Source: a virus. Taken from it: a DNA stretch of 46,587 bases. A program made the translations under genes and the position numbers. Under the pieces are notes generated by a model, which saw only the letters and a list, made by a program, of their open reading frames with translations, made no database searches and was not told where the DNA came from. Every line of letters begins with the position of its first letter. Positions within the stretch are counted from its first letter, which is position 1. Positions 18,290-26,469 of the stretch are shown piece by piece. The DNA lies in the IMG/VR virus record IMGVR_UViG_2554235478_000002, positions 1-46,587 of that record; one strand, given 5' to 3'.

Positions 18290-18819
18290 AGTTCATCACC
18301 GTCCCATTCCGTCGGAATAGCGTCTTTCGGTTGGTAGAGCGGGTGGTTCGGGTGCCCGTCCATCGTGGTGTCGAGCGCCCACAGTACCGGCTCGTCGAGC
18401 ATCGAGGCGACTTCTTCGGCACGACCGTGGAGCGAACCCTTCGCTCCCCACGCGACGATAACCTGTTGTGCGTTCTCGCAGACGTTTCGAAGGTGCTCGT
18501 CGTTGTCGGGGCCGATTGGGTCCGGGTGGTCTTCGAGTTGTGACGGGTCCGTTGCTCGCAGGCCAAACAGATTGGCGACGACGAGCGAACCGTATCCCCA
18601 GTCACGGGCGTAGTTGATGCAACGCCGAATCGTCGGGTCATCTTCCGTCGCGTCCGCCGTACTCGGGTTGAGCATCACGAACGCCAGAGTTGGTTTGCCC
18701 GAGTCCCACGTCCGCGAGAGTCGATAGCGGTACTGTCCGTCTTCGCTGATGACGGCACCAGCAGAGTTGGAACCGGCGAGCGTTTGCTGAGTACCGGATG
18801 CACATTGCTCACTCGGCAT
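18286..18819 (-). CDS. DUF1643 family protein
   Basis: YRYRLSRTW, FVMLNPSTAD, DDPTIRRC, NLFGLRATDP, VIVAWG, HPNHPLY. Confidence 0.85.
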   Translation of the reverse strand: MPSEQCASGTQQTLAGSNSAGAVISEDGQYRYRLSRTWDSGKPTLAFVMLNPSTADATEDDPTIRRCINYARDWGYGSLVVANLFGLRATDPSQLEDHPDPIGPDNDEHLRNVCENAQQVIVAWGAKGSLHGRAEEVASMLDEPVLWALDTTMDGHPNHPLYQPKDAIPTEWDGDEL

Positions 18820-19042
18820 CGTCGAACACCTCTGGGAAGTCGTCGACGTGGAACGTGAGTTCGACAGTCACCGTGTGGTCCGAACCGTGGGCACACTTCG
18901 ACTCTGCTACCTTCGCGCGAGACGAATCGAGAATCTCGTCTAACTCTTCGTCGAGGGCGTCACTGGTGAGCAACTTTCCGTCCGGGTTGAGAGTGCCGTA
19001 CTCTTCCCGAAGTTCATCGTGGCGTGAAGTTCCTGTGCTCAT
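18809..19042 (-). CDS. Hypothetical protein
   Basis: Coupled acidic ORF. Confidence 0.5.
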   Translation of the reverse strand: MSTGTSRHDELREEYGTLNPDGKLLTSDALDEELDEILDSSRAKVAESKCAHGSDHTVTVELTFHVDDFPEVFDDAE

Positions 19043-19398
19043 TCCCAGAGGTCCTCCCAGTCCCAGTAGATGATTTCGAGCGTCGTCTCGGGCGTGATCT
19101 CTTCGTCCGGGTAGTAGCCTTCGAGTTCGTCGATGAGTTCCGCCGTGCTTCGGTACGTCCGGTGGCCGTCGATGTTTTCTCGTGCGGCCTGCTCGACGGT
19201 GATGTAACCAGTATCGGCGATGTGAACAGAGGCAAAGCGTTCACCTGACTCGTCGATTAGCTGGACGCGCTCGCCGGTCCTCGGCACATCATCGGTGATG
19301 CGGTAGGTGAGCGTCTTCCGGCCACCCAGAATCGCGTCGATGTGCTTGTCAGCGAAATTGAGTTTCCGGATTTGCTGAGTCCCCGTGCTCAAATCCAT
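19039..19398 (-). CDS. ASCH (PUA-superfamily) domain protein
   Basis: LNF...IDAILGGRKTLTYR...GE.V, the ASCH GxKxxxxR signature. Confidence 0.8.
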   Translation of the reverse strand: MDLSTGTQQIRKLNFADKHIDAILGGRKTLTYRITDDVPRTGERVQLIDESGERFASVHIADTGYITVEQAARENIDGHRTYRSTAELIDELEGYYPDEEITPETTLEIIYWDWEDLWE

Positions 19399-19760
19399 CA
19401 GTCGTCACGCTCCTTCGGCACGCGTCGAACATCCGTGTGAGTCGTCTGGATGAGTTCTCCACGGTACGTTCGCTCTGAGTCTGCCGATTCCTTCGCGTAC
19501 TCTTCGTTCGGTGCCTCGACGACAACGGTTTCTCGGTGTTCCGTATAGAACGTGAACTCGAAGTGTGCCGGTTCGCTGTTCTGATAAGGACCGTCTACGT
19601 GGTAGACTTCGTCGTACTCTGAACTATCGAGAGCCTTCTCACGGGCGTCTTTCTCCGTGTCGGCAGTGACGGCTTTGCACTCGCCGTCGCGGTGGGTGCC
19701 TACCCAGACAGCCCACGCCGCACCTTCGACGAGCCTCTCAATCTTCGTGTTCGAATCCAT
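19398..19760 (-). CDS. Hypothetical protein with an internal duplication (V.A..E..A.E.A...)
   Basis: AVTADTEKDAREKA and VVEAPNEEYAKESA repeats. Confidence 0.55.
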   Translation of the reverse strand: MDSNTKIERLVEGAAWAVWVGTHRDGECKAVTADTEKDAREKALDSSEYDEVYHVDGPYQNSEPAHFEFTFYTEHRETVVVEAPNEEYAKESADSERTYRGELIQTTHTDVRRVPKERDD

Positions 19761-20122
19761 CACTCACTCACCTCAAAATCAGTGTCACACGTGTAGCATC
19801 GGTATGCGTCGTCGGTAGATGATACTTTGTCTGAGCCACAGTGCGGGCACTCGTCAACGTCTCTTTCGTCTTCGATCTTGTAGAGCCGCCCCTGAATTTT
19901 GATGTGTCCTTCGGGCACATCTCCGTTTCCGCTCTTTCCCGTCGTCGGGAAGACAGTGAGTTCACTGTACTCTTGCACACCGTCGCCAGAGTAGGTGAAC
20001 TCAATCTTCATGTGCGGCTTCTCGACGACAACCACGCCGGTTTTTCCAACGACGTGCGACGGAGTTTCGAGGCCTTCGTCGGTGAGTGCGAGTGTCTGGA
20101 TAGCTGATTCCGTGTCTTGCAT
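19760..20122 (-). CDS. Hypothetical protein with C-terminal zinc ribbon
   Basis: CPHCGS...CYTC; GAGGTG site before the ATG at 20122. Confidence 0.55.
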   Translation of the reverse strand: MQDTESAIQTLALTDEGLETPSHVVGKTGVVVVEKPHMKIEFTYSGDGVQEYSELTVFPTTGKSGNGDVPEGHIKIQGRLYKIEDERDVDECPHCGSDKVSSTDDAYRCYTCDTDFEVSE

Positions 20123-20123
20123 A

Positions 20124-20579
20124 TCAGTACACCTCAGATTCGCTTTCCGTGACAGTCGTTTCACCATCGGGTGACGTGCTTACGACCGTCTTCACACGCT
20201 TGTCTCCCGGCGTGTAATAACTCAGGCAAGCCTCAGGGACACCATCCTGTTCAACTGCTACGTCTGCGGTTTTCTCTATGTCGAGAGTGCAGTAACTGCA
20301 CGGGCGAACAGGATTCAACCACGAGGTCATTACGCTTTCCAGCTCGTGCGCCTGAATGTATCTGATTTTGTCGCCGTCGTATTCGAGCGGCTCAGTCCGG
20401 TGAAGTCGGTGACAGTGTTTGTCGGCGTGGAAGACTTCGCTGTTTCCAGAGGTGAACACCGTCGTCGATGCCGAGTGGTCCGAGTATGCGAAGGGCCTCG
20501 GACGGACTTCTACACCGTCTTGCATGAATGGTTGAATACGGTTCCATCGCTCGTCTTGCTGAGTACCAGCGTCGCTCAT
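20124..20579 (-). CDS. Zinc-binding protein (HxxxxC...PCxxC)
   Basis: FHADKHC...PCSYC. Confidence 0.55.
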   Translation of the reverse strand: MSDAGTQQDERWNRIQPFMQDGVEVRPRPFAYSDHSASTTVFTSGNSEVFHADKHCHRLHRTEPLEYDGDKIRYIQAHELESVMTSWLNPVRPCSYCTLDIEKTADVAVEQDGVPEACLSYYTPGDKRVKTVVSTSPDGETTVTESESEVY

Positions 20580-20719
20580 TGGTTAACAGCCTCGTAGTTG
20601 AATGCCGCAACACGGCAGTCTCGGTTCTGGCAGACGAACGAGATTCCGTTCCCGTTCCCCTTGCCGGTCTGTTCACAGCCTGGACACTGTTGAGTACCAG
20701 CGTCGGATGTTTCACTCAT
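20576..20719 (-). CDS. Zinc-finger micro-protein (47 aa)
   Basis: MSETSDAGTQQCPGC...CQNRDC. Confidence 0.5.
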   Translation of the reverse strand: MSETSDAGTQQCPGCEQTGKGNGNGISFVCQNRDCRVAAFNYEAVNQ

Positions 20720-21003
20720 CAGTAATCGTACCCCGTTCCACACCGCGTACACCGAACGCGGTGCTCAGTTTGTTCCCACTCGATCGATAGTCGATACTCG
20801 TCGGCGTCGAAGTCCGTCGCATCCCACATCCCGACGACCATGCGCCCGGTCGCGACCTCTTCGTCGACGAGGTCGCCGCCACAGTCGCAGGTGTCGACGC
20901 GCTCAGTCGCGACAATTCTCGAACCCTTCTCCGTCGGGTAAGTGGTCTGGTCCGTCGGCGGGACTGGGGGCGTCGGTTTCTGTTCGCCGGTACTTTCAGC
21001 CAT
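20719..21003 (-). CDS. Zinc-ribbon protein (94 aa)
   Basis: CDCGG...CTRCG. Confidence 0.55.
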   Translation of the reverse strand: MAESTGEQKPTPPVPPTDQTTYPTEKGSRIVATERVDTCDCGGDLVDEEVATGRMVVGMWDATDFDADEYRLSIEWEQTEHRVRCTRCGTGYDY

Positions 21004-21015
21004 CGTAAGTCTCCG

Positions 21016-21087
21016 TACGCTCCATGTGTTCATGTTTTTCAGTGCATTCAATGCGCCCCATCCGTTCATGGAACGCATCGCTCGAAG
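21016..21087. repeat. 9-bp-period repeat array B (intergenic)
   Basis: TACGCTCCA TGTGTTCAT GTTTTTCAG TGCATTCAA TGCGCCCCA TCCGTTCAT GGAACGCATCGCTCGAAG; same layout and 3' end as array A. Confidence 0.8.
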
Positions 21088-21104
21088 AGAACAACATCAC
21101 GGTT

Positions 21105-21380
21105 TCAGACATGGAATGTCACCTCGACGCCGTTGACTTCCAAAACACGGTCACCGCACTCGGGGCATTCGGTAGTGACGTGATCTGGGAAATGCAGCTT
21201 CCCATACCCGTCCGCCCGAACAGCAGTCTTCTCGGTTTCGAACTCCTCGACCCACCCATCGCAGAACTCAGGCTCGATATCCGGCGTCATGCACCGGACA
21301 ACGAGTTTCTCCGAGACGAGTGCTGCAGGGACGTGGTCGAAGCCGTCGGGAATCACTTTTGAATCGTTCGACTGGCTCAT
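21105..21380 (-). CDS. Zinc-finger protein
   Basis: C...C...CPECG. Confidence 0.55.
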   Translation of the reverse strand: MSQSNDSKVIPDGFDHVPAALVSEKLVVRCMTPDIEPEFCDGWVEEFETEKTAVRADGYGKLHFPDHVTTECPECGDRVLEVNGVEVTFHV

Positions 21381-21643
21381 CGTCGTGAATCCACCTCCAG
21401 TATCTCGTCGAGCGTGTCCCGCAGTTCCTCCGTCGCCTCGCGGTCCATCGAGATGATTTGAACGCAGTCACGACCGGCGTAACTGTACCGAGCCGAGAGT
21501 TCAGTGCCGAAGCTTCCGCCAGGGACGTGCTGCAGTTTGAACTCGACATCGTCGTCGTCGAACACCCTCATCTCGATTTCGGCCGGCTCAATCTGCATGA
21601 AGAACCGGTCGGGAGCCGGAAGGTCGGTGAAACGCTCCGTCAC
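21377..21643 (-). CDS. Hypothetical protein
   Basis: Coupled ORF with GAGGTG at the 3' end. Confidence 0.55.
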   Translation of the reverse strand: MTERFTDLPAPDRFFMQIEPAEIEMRVFDDDDVEFKLQHVPGGSFGTELSARYSYAGRDCVQIISMDREATEELRDTLDEILEVDSRR

Positions 21644-22218
21644 GACAACATCGCCTCCTTCGCGTTCTGCAGCTTCTGAAACTCCGCGTGGCTGCCACCC
21701 CTGTCGGGATGCACTTCGTGGAGTTTCTCGCGGTACGCGTCCTCGACCTCATCTTCCGACGCGTCGGGGTCAACGCCGAGAACGTGGTGCGGTGATCGCG
21801 ACGCCGGCGCTGCAACGACGTCGTCTGCCGAGGGAAGCCTCGCTGCGGCGAACTCGTCCTCACCGGTGACGACACCGCGCTGTGAGCGCATGCGCGTCTC
21901 GTGAATCCACTTGTAGACCTCGCGAACGTTGTCACGAAGCCGGGAGTAACGATCACACGCGACCGCGAATTGCTCGCCGTTTTTCGACCACCGCATCACG
22001 AATCCAGGGTCGTCGGGCCGGGCGTTGTGCCGCGGCAGGCTGTTCGAGAGCGTGTGTTGGTTCCCGATCGAGGCCCCCCAGTCGTCGACGTCCATCCGGC
22101 CCATCTCTGTCTCGAGGTCGGACGTCGTCTGGCCGAGGCTCGCTCGGTAGTTGTTGTTCTTGGTGCGTTCGTGCGCTGGCGTGCGCTCGAAGCCTGGCAG
22201 CCAATCGAGGTCGCTCAC
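21640..22218 (-). CDS. J-domain (DnaJ-type) protein
   Basis: C-terminal PHHVLGV...EVEDAYREKLHEVHPDRGG..EFQKLQNAKE with the HPD motif. Confidence 0.88.
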   Translation of the reverse strand: MSDLDWLPGFERTPAHERTKNNNYRASLGQTTSDLETEMGRMDVDDWGASIGNQHTLSNSLPRHNARPDDPGFVMRWSKNGEQFAVACDRYSRLRDNVREVYKWIHETRMRSQRGVVTGEDEFAAARLPSADDVVAAPASRSPHHVLGVDPDASEDEVEDAYREKLHEVHPDRGGSHAEFQKLQNAKEAMLS

Positions 22219-22251
22219 AGTGCGAGCACCTCCAGACACTGTTCAGTCGGT

Positions 22252-22572
22252 CTAAGAGTGAGTTGTTGAGTCGTCATCTGTTTCCTCCTCGCGAGGGTCC
22301 TCGACGAACTCGTAGAGTCCGCGAGACACCTTGCGAATCCACCCGGCGTCGTTCAAACGCCGAAGATGGTACTCGACGTTGGATTTCGAGATGCCGGTTT
22401 CGTCGATGATGAACCGCGGGTTAGCGCGCCCCCACGGATTGCCGTTCTCACGGCCGCGTTTGAAGATGTCCAGCACCTCATCGGTCCCATCGCTGGGAGC
22501 GAAACTTCGATTTATGTCGTCGTTCGCCATCGCGCTACTCATCGAGTACCACATGACATAGTTCGTTGCCAT
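22252..22572 (-). CDS. Winged-helix transcription regulator (repressor-like)
   Basis: RANPRFIIDETGISKSNVEYHLRRLNDAGWIRKVSRGLYEF. Confidence 0.8.
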   Translation of the reverse strand: MATNYVMWYSMSSAMANDDINRSFAPSDGTDEVLDIFKRGRENGNPWGRANPRFIIDETGISKSNVEYHLRRLNDAGWIRKVSRGLYEFVEDPREEETDDDSTTHS

Positions 22573-22650
22573 ATGTAATAAATAGTGTGTTGCATTAAGC
22601 TAAGCACTATGCAAAGCATAGCTTTATAGTAGTCGGCCTCGAAGTAGTAA
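22573..22650. promoter_or_regulatory. Divergent promoter/operator region 1
   Basis: AT-rich; TTTATA at 22623-22628; inverted repeat CTATGC-AAA-GCATAG at 22607-22621. Confidence 0.6.
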
Positions 22651-22657
22651 CTGTGAG

Positions 22658-22718
22658 GCGCGGACCGTCGCAGAAAGCGACCGGCGTTGCACCGCCGACC
22701 GCGCTTCGGGAAAGAAGC
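22658..22718 (+). ncRNA. Predicted three-way-junction 5' leader RNA
   Basis: GCGCGG/CCGCGC closes GTCGC-AGAAA-GCGAC and CGGCG-TTGCAC-CGCCG; a competing GCTTC-GGGAAA-GAAGC hairpin sits just before the ATG at 22720. Confidence 0.5.
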
Positions 22719-22719
22719 A

Positions 22720-23175
22720 ATGTCAACTACGACTCCAACCGTTGAAAACGGTACTGACTGCACGGCGCTCAACAGGCCCGACGACGTGGACCTGTCTGAG
22801 CCCATCCGCTGCATCGTCACCCTCCAAGAGGGTACCCAAATCGCGACGCTCTACGACGCCCCCACGCTCATGGGCCCGAACGACGAGCGTCACATGGTCT
22901 CGTCGGACCGCGGTATCTCGGCCGCTACGTGGGCACTCCCCGACCACGTCTTCAACGACAACTACGTCGAGCTCGGCGTCGACGCCGACGGTTCGATCCA
23001 CGTCTGGAACGTCTGGGACAACGTTGTCCACGTCGTCGACGCCGACGGCCGTCGCGAGCGCGTCGAGCGCCTCAACGACTACGGCGGCAAGGACGTCCTC
23101 ACGTGGGTCGAGTTCGTCGCTGGCCGCCGTGGTTGGGCCGACCTCGACCCCGTCTTCGAGGAGGTGACCGCCTGA
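22720..23175 (+). CDS. Hypothetical early protein
   Basis: Acidic ORF ending in GAGGTGA. Confidence 0.6.
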   Translation: MSTTTPTVENGTDCTALNRPDDVDLSEPIRCIVTLQEGTQIATLYDAPTLMGPNDERHMVSSDRGISAATWALPDHVFNDNYVELGVDADGSIHVWNVWDNVVHVVDADGRRERVERLNDYGGKDVLTWVEFVAGRRGWADLDPVFEEVTA

Positions 23176-23615
23176 TGCCACGCCGCCGTCTACGGAAGGC
23201 TGAGAAAATGCAGAACTCGTTCGCCCACGACCTCGGTAACGACATTGAGGCGGAGGTGCTGCACAACCTCGTCCACGACGATCTCAACCAGGACGACCAG
23301 CTCACGCACTACTGCGACGCCGCCGCAGAGGCCGACGCGGCAGCCGACATTCGTGAGAGCTACGAGAGCCGTGACGCAGAGTTCGTCGACGAACTCGAGC
23401 ACGCGTGGGACTCCATCGCGACGGTCGCCCACCAACGGGCGTTCGAGGTTGTCGCCGAGTCCTGCGTGACGGTTATCAGCGACGGCGATGAATGGGCTGA
23501 CGAAGGTCACTACGACGTCGACGCTGTCGACAACGCCAAACACGAAGCTCGGGAGTGGTTGCAGACGCACACCGATATCGCCGAACGCGTCGGTGCGCTG
23601 GAGGTGCTCGCCTGA
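23175..23615 (+). CDS. Hypothetical early protein
   Basis: Coupled acidic helical ORF. Confidence 0.6.
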   Translation: MPRRRLRKAEKMQNSFAHDLGNDIEAEVLHNLVHDDLNQDDQLTHYCDAAAEADAAADIRESYESRDAEFVDELEHAWDSIATVAHQRAFEVVAESCVTVISDGDEWADEGHYDVDAVDNAKHEAREWLQTHTDIAERVGALEVLA

Positions 23616-23953
23616 TGTCGGCACCCCAAACCACCACGGTTCCCGAGACGCACATGGACCTCTCTGCGCGTGACGCGAAGGCACTCACTGAACCGATGAA
23701 GGTCGTCGAGTGCGACCCAGGCGTGTGGAACGACTCCGAAATCGCGGTCTACAGCGAGGACCGACGCTACATCGTCTCGCTTCCGGCGGGGTACTGCGAG
23801 TGCGAGGACGCTCACTACCGCAACTCGAAGTGCAAGCACCAGCGCCGCGTCGAGTTTGCGCTGGGACTTCGTGACATCCCTTCGTGGGCGAACCCAAACG
23901 CCATCGACGACCAACTACTCCGCCGCCTCGAGGAGCGTGAGGACGATGAGTGA
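23615..23953 (+). CDS. SWIM zinc-finger protein
   Basis: CECED...CKHQRRV (CxC...CxH). Confidence 0.75.
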   Translation: MSAPQTTTVPETHMDLSARDAKALTEPMKVVECDPGVWNDSEIAVYSEDRRYIVSLPAGYCECEDAHYRNSKCKHQRRVEFALGLRDIPSWANPNAIDDQLLRRLEEREDDE

Positions 23954-24137
23954 ATCCGTTCCTGATTTCAAGAGCCGCGCGCGGGAGTGTGCACACGCCG
24001 CTGCAGCGTATCGATACTGCCTCGGACCGACGCCACAGGAACACGTCGCGGAGCTCGACGCCAAACGGCGAGCCTACCGCCAGGCTGCTCGCGATGCGCA
24101 GTCCACAGTGGAAGTGAAGGGGGTCATCCATGCTTGA
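23946..24137 (+). CDS. Hypothetical protein
   Basis: Overlapping coupling with both neighbours. Confidence 0.45.
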   Translation: MSESVPDFKSRARECAHAAAAYRYCLGPTPQEHVAELDAKRRAYRQAARDAQSTVEVKGVIHA

Positions 24138-24312
24138 CGACGTGCGGCGTCGTCTTCGGAAGGGAGCGTTCGGCGTCGGAAGCCTCGCGGTCGTCGTCGG
24201 CGTCAGCGGTTCATCTGACGTTGCGTTTGGCCTGGGCTTCGTCGCGGTCGCACTCTTGCTTATCGACGAGAAGCTGACGACGTCCACGTGGCTCCCGTGG
24301 GGTGGCTGGTGA
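24130..24312 (+). CDS. Small membrane protein
   Basis: Two hydrophobic stretches. Confidence 0.5.
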   Translation: MLDDVRRRLRKGAFGVGSLAVVVGVSGSSDVAFGLGFVAVALLLIDEKLTTSTWLPWGGW

Positions 24313-24551
24313 TGGTGCGGTCGTTCTCTAGCTCGGAGACGCACTTTCGCCTCATCAAGAGCGAAACGTCCGTTGGCCAGGATGGCTACCGAAAGGGAGA
24401 GCCGAAGGCGATGGAGTGCGCCTCCTGTGGGGCCAAAGTGCCAATTACAAGAGAGCCTTCGGTTAGCATTGAGGAGCTGCCTCACTGCTCCAATTGCGAC
24501 CAGCGGGATGTCAAAAGTGAGTACTGGATCGAGCGCTTCCTCGACGACTGA
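24312..24551 (+). CDS. Zinc-finger protein
   Basis: CASCG...HCSNC. Confidence 0.55.
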   Translation: MVRSFSSSETHFRLIKSETSVGQDGYRKGEPKAMECASCGAKVPITREPSVSIEELPHCSNCDQRDVKSEYWIERFLDD

Positions 24552-24652
24552 CGGCTAGCCGATTTTCTGCGTTACTGCTTTTGGAACGGTGTTTCTCTTG
24601 GTCGGATTGTCAACTACGTTGCGTTTTATAGTCGTCACTGGACGACATTCTC

Positions 24653-25657
24653 GTGATGATCCTTAGTCGCCGCGTCCTCGACCCGACCTGGATGCCGTCA
24701 GGGGAACTCATCGTGCATCGCCACGACGAGATTGAGATTCTCACATCTGCTCTCTCCCCCGTTCTCGACGGCGAGAGCGGATGTCCGATGTTCATGTTCG
24801 GCCCGACCGGCGTTGGGAAAACGCTCGTCGCGACCACTGCACTCGACATGCTCGACGAGCACGCCGACTACCACCGCGCCGTCGTGAACTGCTGGCGGCA
24901 CTCCTCGCGCCACGACGTCACCGTCGAGATCGCGAAGCAAGTTCTCGGCGGGACAGTGAATCCGGAGGACTCCCAGACGGATCTGATGGACCGCATTCAA
25001 GACCGCCCAGACAAACCTCGCGTCGTTCTCCTCGACGAGGTCGACCAGCTGCACGACGACGGCGTCCTGTATGACCTGTACCTCGCTCCCGAGCTCACGG
25101 TGATCGGCATCGCTAATCGCGAGCAAGAGTTCTTCGCCAGTCTCGACCAGCGGACGCAGTCGCGCTTTGTCGGGAGTCGACGTATCAACCTCTCGGGATA
25201 CCTCGTCGACGAACTCGTAGAGATACTTAACCCGCGAGTCAAGCACGCCCTCGAACCCGGGTCGATCTCCGAACACGAGATCGAGACTATCGCGACGCTC
25301 GCGAACGGCGACGCCCGCGCCGCGATCACCATTCTCCGGGCCGCCGCCGAAGAGGCAGAGTCTCAGAATGCAGACCACATCGACGACCGGATTCTCGAAG
25401 GAGCGGGTCCAGTTGCGCGTGAGGACCTCCGACAGACGCACCTCGGTCAGCTGCACTCGCACCAGCGCACGGTGTTCGACATCGTCGACGACGCCGATGG
25501 TCCTCTTGCACCCAGCGAGATTTTCGACCGGTACGCCGAGCGCGTGTCCAACCCACGGACGTCGCGAACGGTGCGCAACTACCTCGCGAAGATGGTCGAC
25601 TATCGCCTCCTGGAGGCGACCGGCGAGACGTCCGAGCGGCAGTACAAATCTATCTAA
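24653..25657 (+). CDS. cdc6: Orc1/Cdc6-family replication initiator
   Basis: HR..EI, Walker A GPTGVGKT, VNCW, Walker B LLDEVD, sensor IGIAN, GDARAAI, C-terminal winged helix. Confidence 0.93.
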   Translation: MMILSRRVLDPTWMPSGELIVHRHDEIEILTSALSPVLDGESGCPMFMFGPTGVGKTLVATTALDMLDEHADYHRAVVNCWRHSSRHDVTVEIAKQVLGGTVNPEDSQTDLMDRIQDRPDKPRVVLLDEVDQLHDDGVLYDLYLAPELTVIGIANREQEFFASLDQRTQSRFVGSRRINLSGYLVDELVEILNPRVKHALEPGSISEHEIETIATLANGDARAAITILRAAAEEAESQNADHIDDRILEGAGPVAREDLRQTHLGQLHSHQRTVFDIVDDADGPLAPSEIFDRYAERVSNPRTSRTVRNYLAKMVDYRLLEATGETSERQYKSI

Positions 25658-25668
25658 ATGTTGAAATG

Positions 25669-25756
25669 TTTTCCGAAGATTTCCGAAGATGGAGGACAGT
25701 TCGAGTGTTAGGAGTCTTCTACCTCCGAGATACAAATCTTCGGAAACTTCGGAAAC
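25669..25756. repeat. Inverted pair of tandem TTTCCGAAG repeats; candidate origin
   Basis: TTTCCGAAGA twice (25670-25689) faces ATCTTCGGAAA-CTTCGGAAAC (25736-25756), with inner GGAGG/CCTCC arms. Confidence 0.65.
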
Positions 25757-25876
25757 GTGCGCGTTGAGATTAAGTATTGATAGTGACGACAGAATTGTGT
25801 GCAGGCCGACATTCAGGGATGGGAGGATGCGCTCGCAACCCCTCAGCGGCAGCATTCGCGTCCTGCACACTCTCCA

Positions 25877-26155
25877 TCAGGAGTCCTCAATGACTTCCAG
25901 TTTGGAAGCATCCAATTCCTCATCGAGGTACTGCTCGCCCAGCTCGGTGATACCGTACAAACCCTTGTCGACGCGTTCGAGAAGACCGTATTTAGTCAAT
26001 TCCCGACACCGGACACCCGCGTACTGACGCCCGATGTCAATACGCGGGACCAAACCATCTCGACTCAGTGCGACCGGGGTCAAGTTCCCATCCTGGCGGA
26101 TAATCTCAAGGATCCGATCGTCAATTCGTTTCATCCAGTCCGCCCGCTTGCGCAT
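25877..26155 (-). CDS. PhiH1-repressor-like winged-helix protein
   Basis: WMKRIDDRILEII...RCRELTKYGLLERVDKGLYGITELGEQYL. Confidence 0.82.
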   Translation of the reverse strand: MRKRADWMKRIDDRILEIIRQDGNLTPVALSRDGLVPRIDIGRQYAGVRCRELTKYGLLERVDKGLYGITELGEQYLDEELDASKLEVIEDS

Positions 26156-26236
26156 GGGTCAGGAGAAACTCCCCAACCTGATATTACCACCGAACGGGAA
26201 TATACAGATTGCCAACAAGTGTCTGTAGATGTTCAT

Positions 26237-26300
26237 TGGCTAACTGTGGTTAGTTATTGGTTAACCACAGATTCACAATGGTAGTAAGTTATTAGTGGGA
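26237..26300. promoter_or_regulatory. Divergent promoter/operator region 2
   Basis: Perfect 9-bp inverted repeat CTGTGGTTA (26244-26252)/TAACCACAG (26262-26270), palindrome TGGTTAACCA, related TGGCTAACT copy, GTTATTA box near 26290. Confidence 0.65.
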
Positions 26301-26320
26301 CTGGATACACGACTGACATA

Positions 26321-26401
26321 GAAGCCGAAACCGTGGTTCACGCATCGTACAAGTGTGTGAAACGCCGGGTGTAAGGGCACCCGGCCTACGGGATTGGCTT
26401 C
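26321..26401 (+). ncRNA. Predicted three-way-junction 5' leader RNA
   Basis: GAAGCCGA/TTGGCTTC plus CCGTGG/CTACGG close TTCACGCA/TGTGTGAA and GCCGGGTG-TAAGGG-CACCCGGC. Confidence 0.55.
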
Positions 26402-26469
26402 CACGACGAATCTCAACAGTGCCTCTAGACGAGGGCTGTTTCGGTAGTGATCAGGCTACCGTGAAAGCC

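Noticed and set aside
22153-22188. Possible seventh GAACGCA array in the J-domain gene
   Set aside because: Only two half-sites in phase (18 bp apart); isolated 7-mers are expected by chance.
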